A DNA stretch of 27,378 nt from Deltaproteobacteria bacterium (lineage in GTDB: Bacteria; Desulfobacterota; DSM-4660; Desulfatiglandales; Desulfatiglandaceae): assembly GCA_021159525.1 (NCBI GenBank), contig JAGHEC010000092.1:1-27378 (forward strand), written 5' to 3'. Under the pieces are notes generated by a model that was not told where the DNA came from, made no database searches, and saw only the letters and a list, made by a program, of their open reading frames with translations. Both the position numbers and the translations under genes were made by a program. Within the stretch, counting starts at the first letter, position 1. Each line of letters starts with the position of its first letter. This document shows, one piece after another, positions 15,744 to 24,918 of this stretch.

Positions 15744-16727
15744 CTATACGTACTTTTTGGCCTCTTCCGTCAATGCCGGAACCACGTCAAAAAGATCAGC
15801 CACCACCCCGTAGTCGGCCTTCTGAAAGATGGGGGCATCCGGATCCTTGTTAATGGCAACGATAATCTTCGAAGTGCTCATGCCTGCCAGGTGCTGAATC
15901 GCCCCGGAAATGCCGCAAGCCACGTAGAGATTGGGGGATACAACCTTCCCCGTCTGGCCCACTTGGTCTGTGTGGGGTCGCCACCCTGCATCCACGGCCG
16001 AACGGGAAGCTCCTACGCTGGCGCCGATGACATCTGCTAATTCTTCCAAAATATTGTAATTTTCAGGGCCTTTCATGCCCCGGCCACCCGATACGATCTT
16101 GTCCGCCTCTGTCAGGTCGACCTTGCCGCTTTCGTCCCTGAGCGCTTCCACCACCTTTGTCTTTAGTTCCGCATCGTCCAGAGTAAAAGTAGCATCCGAG
16201 ACCTCAGCGGTTCTGGAAGGATCAGGCTCGTTGACCGCCATCACCTTTGGCCTGGCCGTAGCCAGCTGGGGCCAGCTGTTCACAAAGGTGACTTTTGCGT
16301 AGGCCTTGCCTGCATAGATGGGCCGGGTAGCCACAAGGTTTCCCTCCTCAACGGCAAAGGCCGTGCAGTCCTGGGCCATGGCCACGTCCAGCCTGGCTGC
16401 CAGTCTGCCTGCCAGATCTTTTCCCTGGACCGAGGCGCCCAGCAGCAGCAGGGCCGGATCATTCGCCTTCACCAACTGGGAAATTACCGCGACGTAGGCA
16501 TCTGTTGTGTACGGCTCCAGCCGCGGATCATCTGCCACCAGGACCTTGTCTGCTCCATAAGCCCCGAATTCGCCTGCCTTGTCTTTGATATCGGCGCCAA
16601 GCAGCACCACTGTCAGTTCCTGACCCAGGGCATCGGCCAGCCGTCTTCCTTCACTAACCAGCTCATAACTTATCTTTCGAATCTCTCCATCCCTTTGCTC
16701 AGCAATTGTCCAAACTCCTTGTGCCAT
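15744..16727 (-). CDS. etfA: Electron transfer flavoprotein alpha subunit
   Basis: VSGGRG, GASRSAVDAGW, QVGQTGKVVSPNLYVACGISGAIQHLAGM, AINKDPDAPIF, YGVVADLF. AAGGAG RBS supports ATG 16727. Confidence 0.96.
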   Translation of the reverse strand: MAQGVWTIAEQRDGEIRKISYELVSEGRRLADALGQELTVVLLGADIKDKAGEFGAYGADKVLVADDPRLEPYTTDAYVAVISQLVKANDPALLLLGASVQGKDLAGRLAARLDVAMAQDCTAFAVEEGNLVATRPIYAGKAYAKVTFVNSWPQLATARPKVMAVNEPDPSRTAEVSDATFTLDDAELKTKVVEALRDESGKVDLTEADKIVSGGRGMKGPENYNILEELADVIGASVGASRSAVDAGWRPHTDQVGQTGKVVSPNLYVACGISGAIQHLAGMSTSKIIVAINKDPDAPIFQKADYGVVADLFDVVPALTEEAKKYV

Positions 16728-16803
16728 TTTTATCTCCTTACCTGTCTGTATTGATTCCACATTGTAACGCCACAGCAAGACATGTTCATATTCGGCAGAA
16801 GGT

Positions 16804-17598
16804 TTAGAGGACCTTTGCCTCTTCGTGGAGCAGCTTTGCTAACTGGGCGGCCTTTTCCTGCGGCGTTTCCCCTTCGATGATCTTCCCCGCGGCCCTGGCC
16901 GGAGGCGGCGTCAGCTCCAGGATCTTGAGTTTTCTTGCATCAAGTCCGAATGCACTGCTGTCCAGGCCCAAATCCCCGAGGGACTTCTCCGCAAGGGGTT
17001 TCTTCTTGGCCTTCATGATCCCGGGCAGTGAGGCATATCGAGGTTCGTTCAGGCCCTTCTGTGCGGTGATGAGGGCGGGGAGCGGGGATGTGATGACCAG
17101 GGTCTCCCCTTCAATGGGCCGTTCCACCTTGACTGAGTGGCCGTCCTCGCTTACCTCCACCTTAACAATCAGGGAAAGCTGAGGGATACCCAGGAACTCG
17201 GCGATAGCAGCACCCACAATACCCAGGTCATCGTCAACCCCCCGCTGACCGGTAAAGATCAGGTCGTATTCAAGTTCCTTGATAGCAGCGGCCAATGCCT
17301 TTGCATGGGCCAGGGAATCGCTCCCTTCCAGGGCATCGTCGCTGATAAGAATCCCTTTGTCCGCACCCATGGCAAGGGCGGTGCGTATGGATTCAGTGAC
17401 TCTCTTGGGTCCGAGGCCGATGACCGTGACCTCGCCCCCGTGCTTTTCCTTGAGGCGCAAGGCCTCTTCCACGCCGAATTCATCATAAGGGTTCATGACC
17501 CACTTGATATCGTCGGTTACAATGGACTGGTTGTCCCCTGCAATCTTGATCTGGGTTTCTGTATCCGGCACCTGTTTTAGACAAACGATAATGTTCAC
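16804..17598 (-). CDS. etfB: Electron transfer flavoprotein beta subunit
   Basis: IVCLKQVPD, NPYDEFGVEEAL, ALAMGAD, NEPRYASLPGIMKAKKK. GTG start with AAGGAGG RBS. Confidence 0.96.
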   Translation of the reverse strand: MNIIVCLKQVPDTETQIKIAGDNQSIVTDDIKWVMNPYDEFGVEEALRLKEKHGGEVTVIGLGPKRVTESIRTALAMGADKGILISDDALEGSDSLAHAKALAAAIKELEYDLIFTGQRGVDDDLGIVGAAIAEFLGIPQLSLIVKVEVSEDGHSVKVERPIEGETLVITSPLPALITAQKGLNEPRYASLPGIMKAKKKPLAEKSLGDLGLDSSAFGLDARKLKILELTPPPARAAGKIIEGETPQEKAAQLAKLLHEEAKVL

Positions 17599-17762
17599 GT
17601 TATCCTCCTTTCTTTAAAGCCCGTTAATTGATGGGTCGCCAACGAGAGCCCTGGACCCCATGATAGGAACGCCCGTTCTTTGCCCCCTGCTTCACTCATA
17701 GCTGAGAAATCAACGCGTCATATGCTGAGGTCCGCCGGCGACTTATACATGCAAATGTCGGC

Positions 17763-18380
17763 CTATGCCCGGCTGCGCCGCGAATCGGGACAAACCGTTA
17801 TCCCATCCAAAAAGTATTCACTGATTTGCCCCGCGACGGTCTTGATATCATATTGTCTGCGACTTGACAATACCCAACACCGCGACACTTCATCCAGTGC
17901 CCCAAAAAAGGCCCTCTTGGCCACATTGGGGACCACGCTTTTCTTAAAAAGCCCGCAATTCTGGCCCTCGACAATAATATCTTCAATAATGTTCAGATAT
18001 TGGCTGAATTTCTCATTCTTGTATTCTTTCATAAACTTGCCGCTCTGGCGCAGTTCCACCTGAATAATCTCCGCCATATCCCTGTTTTTCTCTATAAGAT
18101 TCAGATGGGTCCTCGCGAATTCTTCCAGCTTTTTTACCGGATCTGTCAAGACCCTGATGCGGGAGTTCATATTGTCCAAAACAACCTGCATCTGTTCCTC
18201 AAACAGGGAGATGAGGATATCGTCCTTGTTGTCAAAATAGATATAGATGGTCCCATCCGCAACCCTGGCCTCCCTCGCAATCTCTGATATCCTGGACTGA
18301 TAGAAGCCCTTTCGGGCAAAAACCCGGGTGGCCGCAGCAATAATTCTTCGATATTTTTCGTTGTTTTTCCTTTTTGCCAT
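17763..18380 (-). CDS. fadR: TetR-family regulator, Bacillus FadR (YsiA)-like
   Basis: HTH IAREARVADGTIYIYFDNKDDILISLFEE plus QVELRQS, YLNII and FGALDE..WV motifs as recalled for B. subtilis FadR. Lies upstream of etfBA with a matching operator. Confidence 0.85.
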   Translation of the reverse strand: MAKRKNNEKYRRIIAAATRVFARKGFYQSRISEIAREARVADGTIYIYFDNKDDILISLFEEQMQVVLDNMNSRIRVLTDPVKKLEEFARTHLNLIEKNRDMAEIIQVELRQSGKFMKEYKNEKFSQYLNIIEDIIVEGQNCGLFKKSVVPNVAKRAFFGALDEVSRCWVLSSRRQYDIKTVAGQISEYFLDGITVCPDSRRSRA

Positions 18381-18396
18381 GATGAATCACCGTTAA

Positions 18397-18414
18397 TGAA
18401 TGACTATTCATTCA
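18397..18414. promoter_or_regulatory. FadR-box operator
   Basis: Perfect inverted repeat TGAATGA-CTAT-TCATTCA, 16 nt upstream of the TetR start. Fits the B. subtilis FadR consensus WTGAATGAMTANTCATTCAN. Confidence 0.85.
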
Positions 18415-18419
18415 GGAAT

Positions 18420-18448
18420 TTAATACCATTCCATGCAGGCCTTGTCAA
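18420..18448 (-). promoter_or_regulatory. Sigma-70 promoter of fadR-etfBA
   Basis: Minus strand TTGACA (18448-18443), 17-nt spacer, extended -10 TG-G-TATTAA. The predicted +1 falls in the FadR box. Confidence 0.55.
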
Positions 18449-18615
18449 GCCATTTATGCATCAATCTCCGGGCCGACAGTCCCGATGCATGGCGTGGCCC
18501 CATACCGGTTGGCCCTCCCTGTAAGACCGATTTCCTTGGAGAATGTACATATTTTAAGACAATTCATTTCATGAAACTCTTTGACGCTTATTGAAAATTT
18601 GAAGCCAATAACTGC

Positions 18616-18645
18616 TTGACAAAAAAATCTGACTTGGATTAAAGT
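18616..18645 (+). promoter_or_regulatory. Sigma-70 promoter of the ABC operon
   Basis: TTGACA (18616-18621), 18-nt spacer, TAAAGT (18640-18645), in an AT-rich intergenic region. Confidence 0.5.
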
Positions 18646-18651
18646 GCCTCC

Positions 18652-18783
18652 ATGCACCGTCCAAGGAAGCCGAATTCAACGCAAGAAGCAATCCGTCAGC
18701 TTGTGAACAGGCTCATGCAGCGGCCTGTCGATTCAAATCCAACAATTTCAAAGCGAAAGGGAGGTGATCCGGTTAAGGCGTGA
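18652..18783 (+). CDS. Possible 43-aa leader peptide (leaderless uORF)
   Basis: ATG 18652 lies 7 nt after the predicted -10. Translation MHRPRKPNSTQEAIRQLVNRLMQRPVDSNPTISKRKGGDPVKA. No homology evidence. Confidence 0.25.
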   Translation: MHRPRKPNSTQEAIRQLVNRLMQRPVDSNPTISKRKGGDPVKA

Positions 18784-18832
18784 GGTGTTGAGCATGTAGC
18801 GAATTAACTCTTTAGTCCCAAAGGAGGAAATC

Positions 18833-20041
18833 ATGCGTAAAGGTCTTTTGTTGGCAACGATTTGTTTCGGTATCGCAGGCTTGATCGCTATCGGCATCCC
18901 CACGGGCGCTCTTGCCAAAGACATTAAAGCAGGGGCCGTCATCAACCTCACAGGTCCGGCATCCACTTGGGGCCAGTTCCATGCAAAAGGACAGCAGGAC
19001 TACTTCCGCTATATAAATGAGGTGAAGGGGGGCATCGCCGGCAACAAGATTAACTTGACGGTAGTGGACCATGCCTATAAGGTCCCCGAGGCCCTCAAAT
19101 ACGTAAAAAAATTCTGCACATCCGATAAAATGGACATGATCGCCACCTGGGATGCAGGCTCCGGGATCATGGCAAAACCCATCATTCAAAAATACAAAGT
19201 CCCCAACATCAACTACTCCACCTACCAGGGCATCCTCAAGCCCCCCGTCGCTTATGCCTATCTCCCCTTTGGAAGTTATGTCATGGATTCATACGCCGTC
19301 CTGGCCTATATCAAGGCCATCCATAAAGGGAGCGCCCCCCCCAAGGTAGGGCTTTTGACCTATAACAACGCTTATGGAAAATCGATCCACAAACCCAGCC
19401 GGGAATATGCCTCCAAAAACAACATAGAGATCGTCGCGATTGAGCAATTCCCGCCCAAGACCCTGGATCTCAATACCGAACTCCTGCGGCTGAAAGATAA
19501 AGGGGCCGAGTACATTTTCATGCAGTGTCTTCCCTCTGCCATCATTATGGCCCTCCAGTCTGCGGACCGTGTCAACTATGATGTTCCCTTCTTCGGGACC
19601 TGGACATCCACGGACCCGGATTTCTTCAAGCGGGGCGCGGGCCTGATCCGCGACCGGATGCACATGCAGTTCCCGGGATGCCTGCCGGGCGACGGCACGC
19701 CGGGTATCAAGCTGATTGAAAACCTCATGGCCCGGTACAAGACCGTGAAAAAATATGACGCCTCCTACTGGGAAGGCATCGTCATCGGCGCCATCATGGC
19801 ACGCGCCTTCCAGAGGGCCCATGACAAACTGGGCAAGATAGACAGCGAGTCCATCAATGTGGCCCTTGAAACCTTCCAAAATGAGGACTTCGGAGGGCTT
19901 ATTCCCAATATCACTTACACCAACACTGACCACGGAGGTTCTTTTACCGCCAGGATTGTAAAGATCAATGAAGATCAGACGCTGACACCGTTGACAAAAT
20001 TCTGGAACCCGAAAAAGGAAAAGGTGACGGTTCTAAAATGA
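18833..20041 (+). CDS. ABC transporter substrate-binding protein, Liv/HAAT type (periplasmic binding protein type 1)
   Basis: Signal peptide ending ALA, IKAGAVINLTGPASTWG, INEVKGGIAG.KINL.VVDHAY, VGLLTYNNAYG. AAGGAGG RBS. Confidence 0.9.
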   Translation: MRKGLLLATICFGIAGLIAIGIPTGALAKDIKAGAVINLTGPASTWGQFHAKGQQDYFRYINEVKGGIAGNKINLTVVDHAYKVPEALKYVKKFCTSDKMDMIATWDAGSGIMAKPIIQKYKVPNINYSTYQGILKPPVAYAYLPFGSYVMDSYAVLAYIKAIHKGSAPPKVGLLTYNNAYGKSIHKPSREYASKNNIEIVAIEQFPPKTLDLNTELLRLKDKGAEYIFMQCLPSAIIMALQSADRVNYDVPFFGTWTSTDPDFFKRGAGLIRDRMHMQFPGCLPGDGTPGIKLIENLMARYKTVKKYDASYWEGIVIGAIMARAFQRAHDKLGKIDSESINVALETFQNEDFGGLIPNITYTNTDHGGSFTARIVKINEDQTLTPLTKFWNPKKEKVTVLK

Positions 20042-20868
20042 AAGCCTTCCGCGGTGAACCCAGCATCTTCACCTCGGCTCGGCCCGAAGACCGACGGGCC
20101 GAGCTGCAGGTGAATGATCTGACCCTCAAATTTGGCGGGATTACGGCCCTGACCAAGATCGAGCTTAATGTCCGAAACGGCGAGCTGGTATCAGTGATCG
20201 GACCTAACGGAGCAGGCAAGACCAGCCTTTTAAACTGCATTACCGGCTATTACAAGCCGCAGGAAGGACAGATCCTGTTTAACGGGCAGGATGTGACTCG
20301 CCTTTCAACACATCACCTTACCAGGCTCGGCATTGGTCGAACCTACCAGAACATAGAACTTTTCCCCGGCATGACAGTCCTCTCCAACATGCTGTTAGCC
20401 CGGCACGTCCATTGCGGCTACCATGTGGGAAAGGCATCCCTCTTCCTGAAAAGCGTACAAAAGGAAGAGGTCCGCCACCGGAAGGTCCTGGAGGAACTCA
20501 TCGATTTTTTGGAGATGCAGTCGATTCGCAACCAGCTTGTCGGCTCGCTTCCGTACGGCATGAGAAAGCGGGTTGAATTAGGCCGTGCCCTGGCCCTGGA
20601 ACCCAAGCTGTTGGTCCTTGACGAGCCTTTTGCGGGAATGACACTTGAGGAAAAGGAAGACATGGTCCGGTTTCTTGTGGAACTGAACGAGGCCTGGAAT
20701 CAGACCATGATTCTGGTGGAACATGACATGTCCATTGTCATGAGCATCTCCAAGCGCGTGGTCGTGTTCGACTTTGGGGTCAAGATCGCAGAGGGCTCTC
20801 CGGATTTTGTTCAGGATCATCCTCAGGTCATCAAGGCCTACCTCGGGGATACCTCCAAAATAGAATAA
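20038..20868 (+). CDS. ABC transporter ATP-binding protein, LivG-like
   Basis: Walker A GPNGAGKT, GIGRTYQN, LPYG.RKRVELGRAL, LDEPFAG, LVEHD, AYLG. Confidence 0.93.
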   Translation: MKAFRGEPSIFTSARPEDRRAELQVNDLTLKFGGITALTKIELNVRNGELVSVIGPNGAGKTSLLNCITGYYKPQEGQILFNGQDVTRLSTHHLTRLGIGRTYQNIELFPGMTVLSNMLLARHVHCGYHVGKASLFLKSVQKEEVRHRKVLEELIDFLEMQSIRNQLVGSLPYGMRKRVELGRALALEPKLLVLDEPFAGMTLEEKEDMVRFLVELNEAWNQTMILVEHDMSIVMSISKRVVVFDFGVKIAEGSPDFVQDHPQVIKAYLGDTSKIE

Positions 20869-20958
20869 GGGGCCTCCATCAACCCATCCTGACCGGAAAT
20901 GTGCGCCGGGGCAATGAGGGGTGAGGAATGATGGAAGGGCAACAGGAAGAAGATATCT

Positions 20959-22905
20959 GTGAACGGCAAGAGCAAAATAGAACGTATTGATCAAGAGACA
21001 CTGTCTTCTTTGGGTCAATTTACTCTGCCCCAGATCCTGCTGAGACAGTCGGAGCGGCTGGGATCCGACCGGGTCGCCATGCGGGAAAAGGCCTATGGCA
21101 TCTGGCAGACCTATGACTGGAAGGATTATTTCCGGTACACGAAGCTGGTGGGGATGGGTCTGATCTCTTTAGGCCTCAAGAGGGGCGAGAATGTGGCCTT
21201 GATCGTGGATAACGGTCCGGAATGGCTTTTTGCAGAGCTGGGGGCCCAGTCCGCAGGCGCGGTGGTCGTCCCCCTCTTTACATCGGCCGTGGCCAAGGAG
21301 CTGGTCGAAGGGATCAACCGCATCCAGGCAGCGTATGTATTTGCACAGGATCAGGAGCAGGTGGACAAGGTCCTGGCCTGCAGGGGGGACCTTCCTAACA
21401 CGAGACGCGTGATCTACACGGACCCCACAGGCATGCGGACCTATGAAGACGATCCCTGGCTCATCAGTTTCAGCCAGCTGCTGGATCTGGGAGAGGAACT
21501 GGACAGTGAACAGCCCGAGCTTTACAATAAAGAATTGTGGGAGGGAAAGCCTGCCGATGTAGCCGTCATGCTCATGACATCCGGCACTACGGGGTTCCCC
21601 AAGCTGGTGATGTTGACCCATGCCAATTTTACGGATATGGCATCCAAATGGCTCCTGACCGCTCCCATCGGCATTGAGGACAACTGGATCTCCATCACTC
21701 CTACAGCCTGGATCGTTGATCAGATGTGGGGCGTGGGCGTGACGCTGTGCGGCGGCATGGTCATGAACTTTCCAGAGACCTTTGAGACGGCAGTGGACGA
21801 CCTTCGGGAGATCGGACCCACAGTAATCATCACTTCTTCCAGGTTCTGGGAGGATCTGGCATCCAAGATCCGTGTCAAGATCGACGATGCCGGATTCCTT
21901 AAGCGCCGGCTCTATGACATGTCACAGCGAATCGGCAAACAGATTCTGGATCTTCAATCCGATAAAAAAGAGATCCCCGCCATGCTCAGGCTGTTGCAGT
22001 GGCTGGGAATCCGAATCGTATCGCGGCCCCTGATGGATCGTGTGGGGTGCCTCAACTTCCGTGCGGCATACACAGGGGGCCATCCCATCAGTCCGGATGT
22101 AATCCGCTTTTTCAGGGCCAACAGCCTCAACCTGAAACAATGTTACGGACTAACAGAGACCTGCGGCATCTTTCAGGTGCAGCCCGATGAGGAGGTCAAA
22201 CCGGAGACCGTGGGGAAACCCCTTCCCGGCACAGAGATTCAGATCACCGAGGATCAGGAGGTACTGGTTCGAAGCAAGTCCATTTTTGTGGGATACTATC
22301 AAAATCCGGAAGCCACGGCCGAGGCCCTGAAAGACGGCTGGTTTCATACCGGAGATGCCGGATATTATGACGATGACGGCCATCTTCTCATCATCGGCCG
22401 CAAACAGGATATCATGCGGACCCGCGAAGGAGAGGCCTTTTCGCCTGATTTTATTGAGACCAGACTCAAGTTCAGTCCCTATATCAAAGAGGCGGTGATC
22501 TGGGGAGAAGGTCAGCAATATTTGACAGCCTTCATCAACATCGACTTTGGAAACGTGGGGAATTGGGCCGAAGACAGGAAAATCCCCTACACCACCTACA
22601 CAGACCTTTCCCAGCAGCCCGCGGTGGAGGAATTGATCCGGGGGGAGGTAGCCGAGGTCAACACCCAGTTGCCGGACCCGATGAAGCTGGTTCGCATCAT
22701 CTTGTTATATAAACTGCTGGATGCAGATGACGAAGAGCTGACCCGGACGGGCAAGGTGAGGCGTAAGTTTGTCTTTGAGCAATATAAGACCCTTATCGAC
22801 GCCATGTATTCGGACAAAACGGAAGTGCCTGTCAAGGGCCAGGTGCGATACAGGGATGGAACCGTAGGGACCATTGAAACAACCGTAAAGATACTAACGG
22901 TGTAA
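20959..22905 (+). CDS. AMP-forming long-chain acyl-CoA synthetase (FadD-like)
   Basis: P-loop MTSGTTGFPK, YGLTE, WFHTGDAG, IIGRKQD, terminal ELTRTGKVRRK. Confidence 0.9.
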   Translation: MNGKSKIERIDQETLSSLGQFTLPQILLRQSERLGSDRVAMREKAYGIWQTYDWKDYFRYTKLVGMGLISLGLKRGENVALIVDNGPEWLFAELGAQSAGAVVVPLFTSAVAKELVEGINRIQAAYVFAQDQEQVDKVLACRGDLPNTRRVIYTDPTGMRTYEDDPWLISFSQLLDLGEELDSEQPELYNKELWEGKPADVAVMLMTSGTTGFPKLVMLTHANFTDMASKWLLTAPIGIEDNWISITPTAWIVDQMWGVGVTLCGGMVMNFPETFETAVDDLREIGPTVIITSSRFWEDLASKIRVKIDDAGFLKRRLYDMSQRIGKQILDLQSDKKEIPAMLRLLQWLGIRIVSRPLMDRVGCLNFRAAYTGGHPISPDVIRFFRANSLNLKQCYGLTETCGIFQVQPDEEVKPETVGKPLPGTEIQITEDQEVLVRSKSIFVGYYQNPEATAEALKDGWFHTGDAGYYDDDGHLLIIGRKQDIMRTREGEAFSPDFIETRLKFSPYIKEAVIWGEGQQYLTAFINIDFGNVGNWAEDRKIPYTTYTDLSQQPAVEELIRGEVAEVNTQLPDPMKLVRIILLYKLLDADDEELTRTGKVRRKFVFEQYKTLIDAMYSDKTEVPVKGQVRYRDGTVGTIETTVKILTV

Positions 22906-22921
22906 GGGAGCGTTTGCAGGC

Positions 22922-23800
22922 ATGGAATTTTTTCTTCAGCTTCTGGTAAGCGGCATTTCACTGGGGTTTCTATATGCCCTTTCCGCACTCGGCTTTGTTA
23001 TGATCTTCAAGTCGAGCAGCGTTCTCAATTTCGCCCACGGCGAACTCATGGCCATCGGGGCCTTCCTGTTTCTGGCCCTCTCCGCCTGGGCAGACCTACC
23101 GATTGTTCTGGCCTTTGTGCTGACCCTCGCGGGGAGTTTTACCCTTGGGTTTATACTGGAGAAATTCTTCCTCCGGCCCCTTATCGGGGAGGCCCTCATC
23201 CAGGTCATCATGCTAACCCTGGGGCTGGCCCTCATGTTCAGGGGGCTGCTGCTCTTCATCTTCGGCGGAGACATCCACGATTACCCCGAATTCCTTCCCG
23301 AGGCCCTTTCCATGCAGTGGGGGAACATTCAGATCCCGGGCGTCTTTGTAGCGGCCATTATCATCGGGATCCTGTTTTTGATCCTCTTCGGATTCTTTTT
23401 TAAATATTCATCCCAGGGCATCTACATGCGGTCTGTGGCAGACAACCAGCCCGCAGCCCTCTCGCTGGGCGTACATGTGAGACGGGTCTTTGCCCTCTCG
23501 TGGGCCATTGCCGCCCTGGTCTGCGCCATGAGCGGCATTGTGCTGGGGATCATCAACGGGATCAATGTCCACGAACTGAGTTCCATCGGGCTCAAAGTGT
23601 TTCCCGTAGTAATCCTCGGAGGGCTGGACAGCATCGGGGGAGCCATCTTAGGGGGTGTCATTATCGGCCTGTTAGAGACATTCACCGGCGGTTACATCTC
23701 CACGTCGCTCAGGGAGATCATTCCCTATATCGTCTTGATCTTTATCCTTATGGTCAAGCCGTACGGGCTCTTCGGCCTGGTGGAAATCGAGCGGGTATAA
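22922..23800 (+). CDS. ABC transporter permease, LivH-like
   Basis: YALSALGF.MIFKSSSVLNFAHGEL, G.YMRSVADN..AA.SLG, VILGGLDSIGGA.LGG.IIG. Confidence 0.92.
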   Translation: MEFFLQLLVSGISLGFLYALSALGFVMIFKSSSVLNFAHGELMAIGAFLFLALSAWADLPIVLAFVLTLAGSFTLGFILEKFFLRPLIGEALIQVIMLTLGLALMFRGLLLFIFGGDIHDYPEFLPEALSMQWGNIQIPGVFVAAIIIGILFLILFGFFFKYSSQGIYMRSVADNQPAALSLGVHVRRVFALSWAIAALVCAMSGIVLGIINGINVHELSSIGLKVFPVVILGGLDSIGGAILGGVIIGLLETFTGGYISTSLREIIPYIVLIFILMVKPYGLFGLVEIERV

Positions 23801-23832
23801 TCGTCAACCATACATCCTGAAGAGACGTAGAC

Positions 23833-24903
23833 ATGCGTAAACTCCAGTTTCACCCCTGTGGCGCCTATAAAACAAGTTACTTTGAAGAACTGCACATCTT
23901 CAGCACGGATTTCGGCCGGCTCTGGATGTGGATCGGCATAGTCCTGCTCTTTGGGGTTCTGCCCTTCATCAGCAATGCCTATATCCTCTATGTTGTCAAC
24001 AACATGGGGATCTATGCCATTGCCGCGGTCGGCCTCAACCTGCTCATCGGGTTTACAGGCCAGATCTCGCTGGGGCACGGGGCCTTTTTCGGCGTAGGGG
24101 CCTATGCCGGCGCCATCCTGGCCACAAAGGCGGGGCTTCCCTTTTATATCGCAGTGCCCCTCGCCGGGGTTATGTCCGCGGCCGTAGGCATGGTCTTTGG
24201 TCTGCCATCGGCCCGTCTCAAGCACCTCTACCTCTGCATCGCGACATTGGCAGGCCAATTCATTATTGAATATGTCCTCGTTCAGTGGGAAAGTCTGACC
24301 GGCGGCGCCATGGGCATTGTAGTACCCAGCGCCTCCCTTTTCGGGATCGATTTGGGAAATGATCGGGCCTTTTTTTATGTGATATATTTCTGTTTTGTGC
24401 TCATGACATGGATCGCCGTCAACCTGATCCGTACGCGCATCGGCCGGGCCTTTATCGCCATAAGGGACAATGACCGTGCTGCCGAGGGGATGGGAATCCC
24501 CATTTTTCCCTACAAGCTCCTTTCCTTTGCCATCAGCTCCTTTTATGCCGGGTTTGCAGGGGCCCTCTACGCCTACTACACCATGAGCATCACGCCGGAG
24601 CCCTTCAATCTCTGGCTGTCTATTGAATATATCGCCATGATTATCATCGGGGGTCTGGGGAGTATTCCCGGCTCTGTGTTCGGTGCGGTATTCATCGTCT
24701 CCTTGAACGAGATACTGAGCCATCTCACCGAATACCTGATGAATGTGGGCGTCTCCACCGGTGTCGCCATTACCATTGCCCCGCTCAGGGAATTTGTGTA
24801 TGGCCTGGCCATTGTCCTGTTCATCATCTTTGAACCCAAAGGCCTGGCTGAGGTGTGGCGGATTGTCCGCTCCAGTTTTAGATTGTGGCCCTTTTCCTAC
24901 TGA
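23833..24903 (+). CDS. ABC transporter permease, LivM-like
   Basis: GLNLLIGFTGQISLGHGAFFGVGAY, SLTGGAMG, GRAFIAIRDND.AAEGMGI, IIGGLGSIPG. Confidence 0.92.
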   Translation: MRKLQFHPCGAYKTSYFEELHIFSTDFGRLWMWIGIVLLFGVLPFISNAYILYVVNNMGIYAIAAVGLNLLIGFTGQISLGHGAFFGVGAYAGAILATKAGLPFYIAVPLAGVMSAAVGMVFGLPSARLKHLYLCIATLAGQFIIEYVLVQWESLTGGAMGIVVPSASLFGIDLGNDRAFFYVIYFCFVLMTWIAVNLIRTRIGRAFIAIRDNDRAAEGMGIPIFPYKLLSFAISSFYAGFAGALYAYYTMSITPEPFNLWLSIEYIAMIIIGGLGSIPGSVFGAVFIVSLNEILSHLTEYLMNVGVSTGVAITIAPLREFVYGLAIVLFIIFEPKGLAEVWRIVRSSFRLWPFSY

Positions 24904-24918
24904 AAGGCTGTTGACACC

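Noticed and set aside
20928-20990. Short out-of-frame ORF MMEGQQEEDICERQEQNRTY overlapping the ligase start, as a possible frameshifted N-terminus
   Set aside because: The GTG 20959 frame already gives a complete ligase, and I see no slippery site or homology support.
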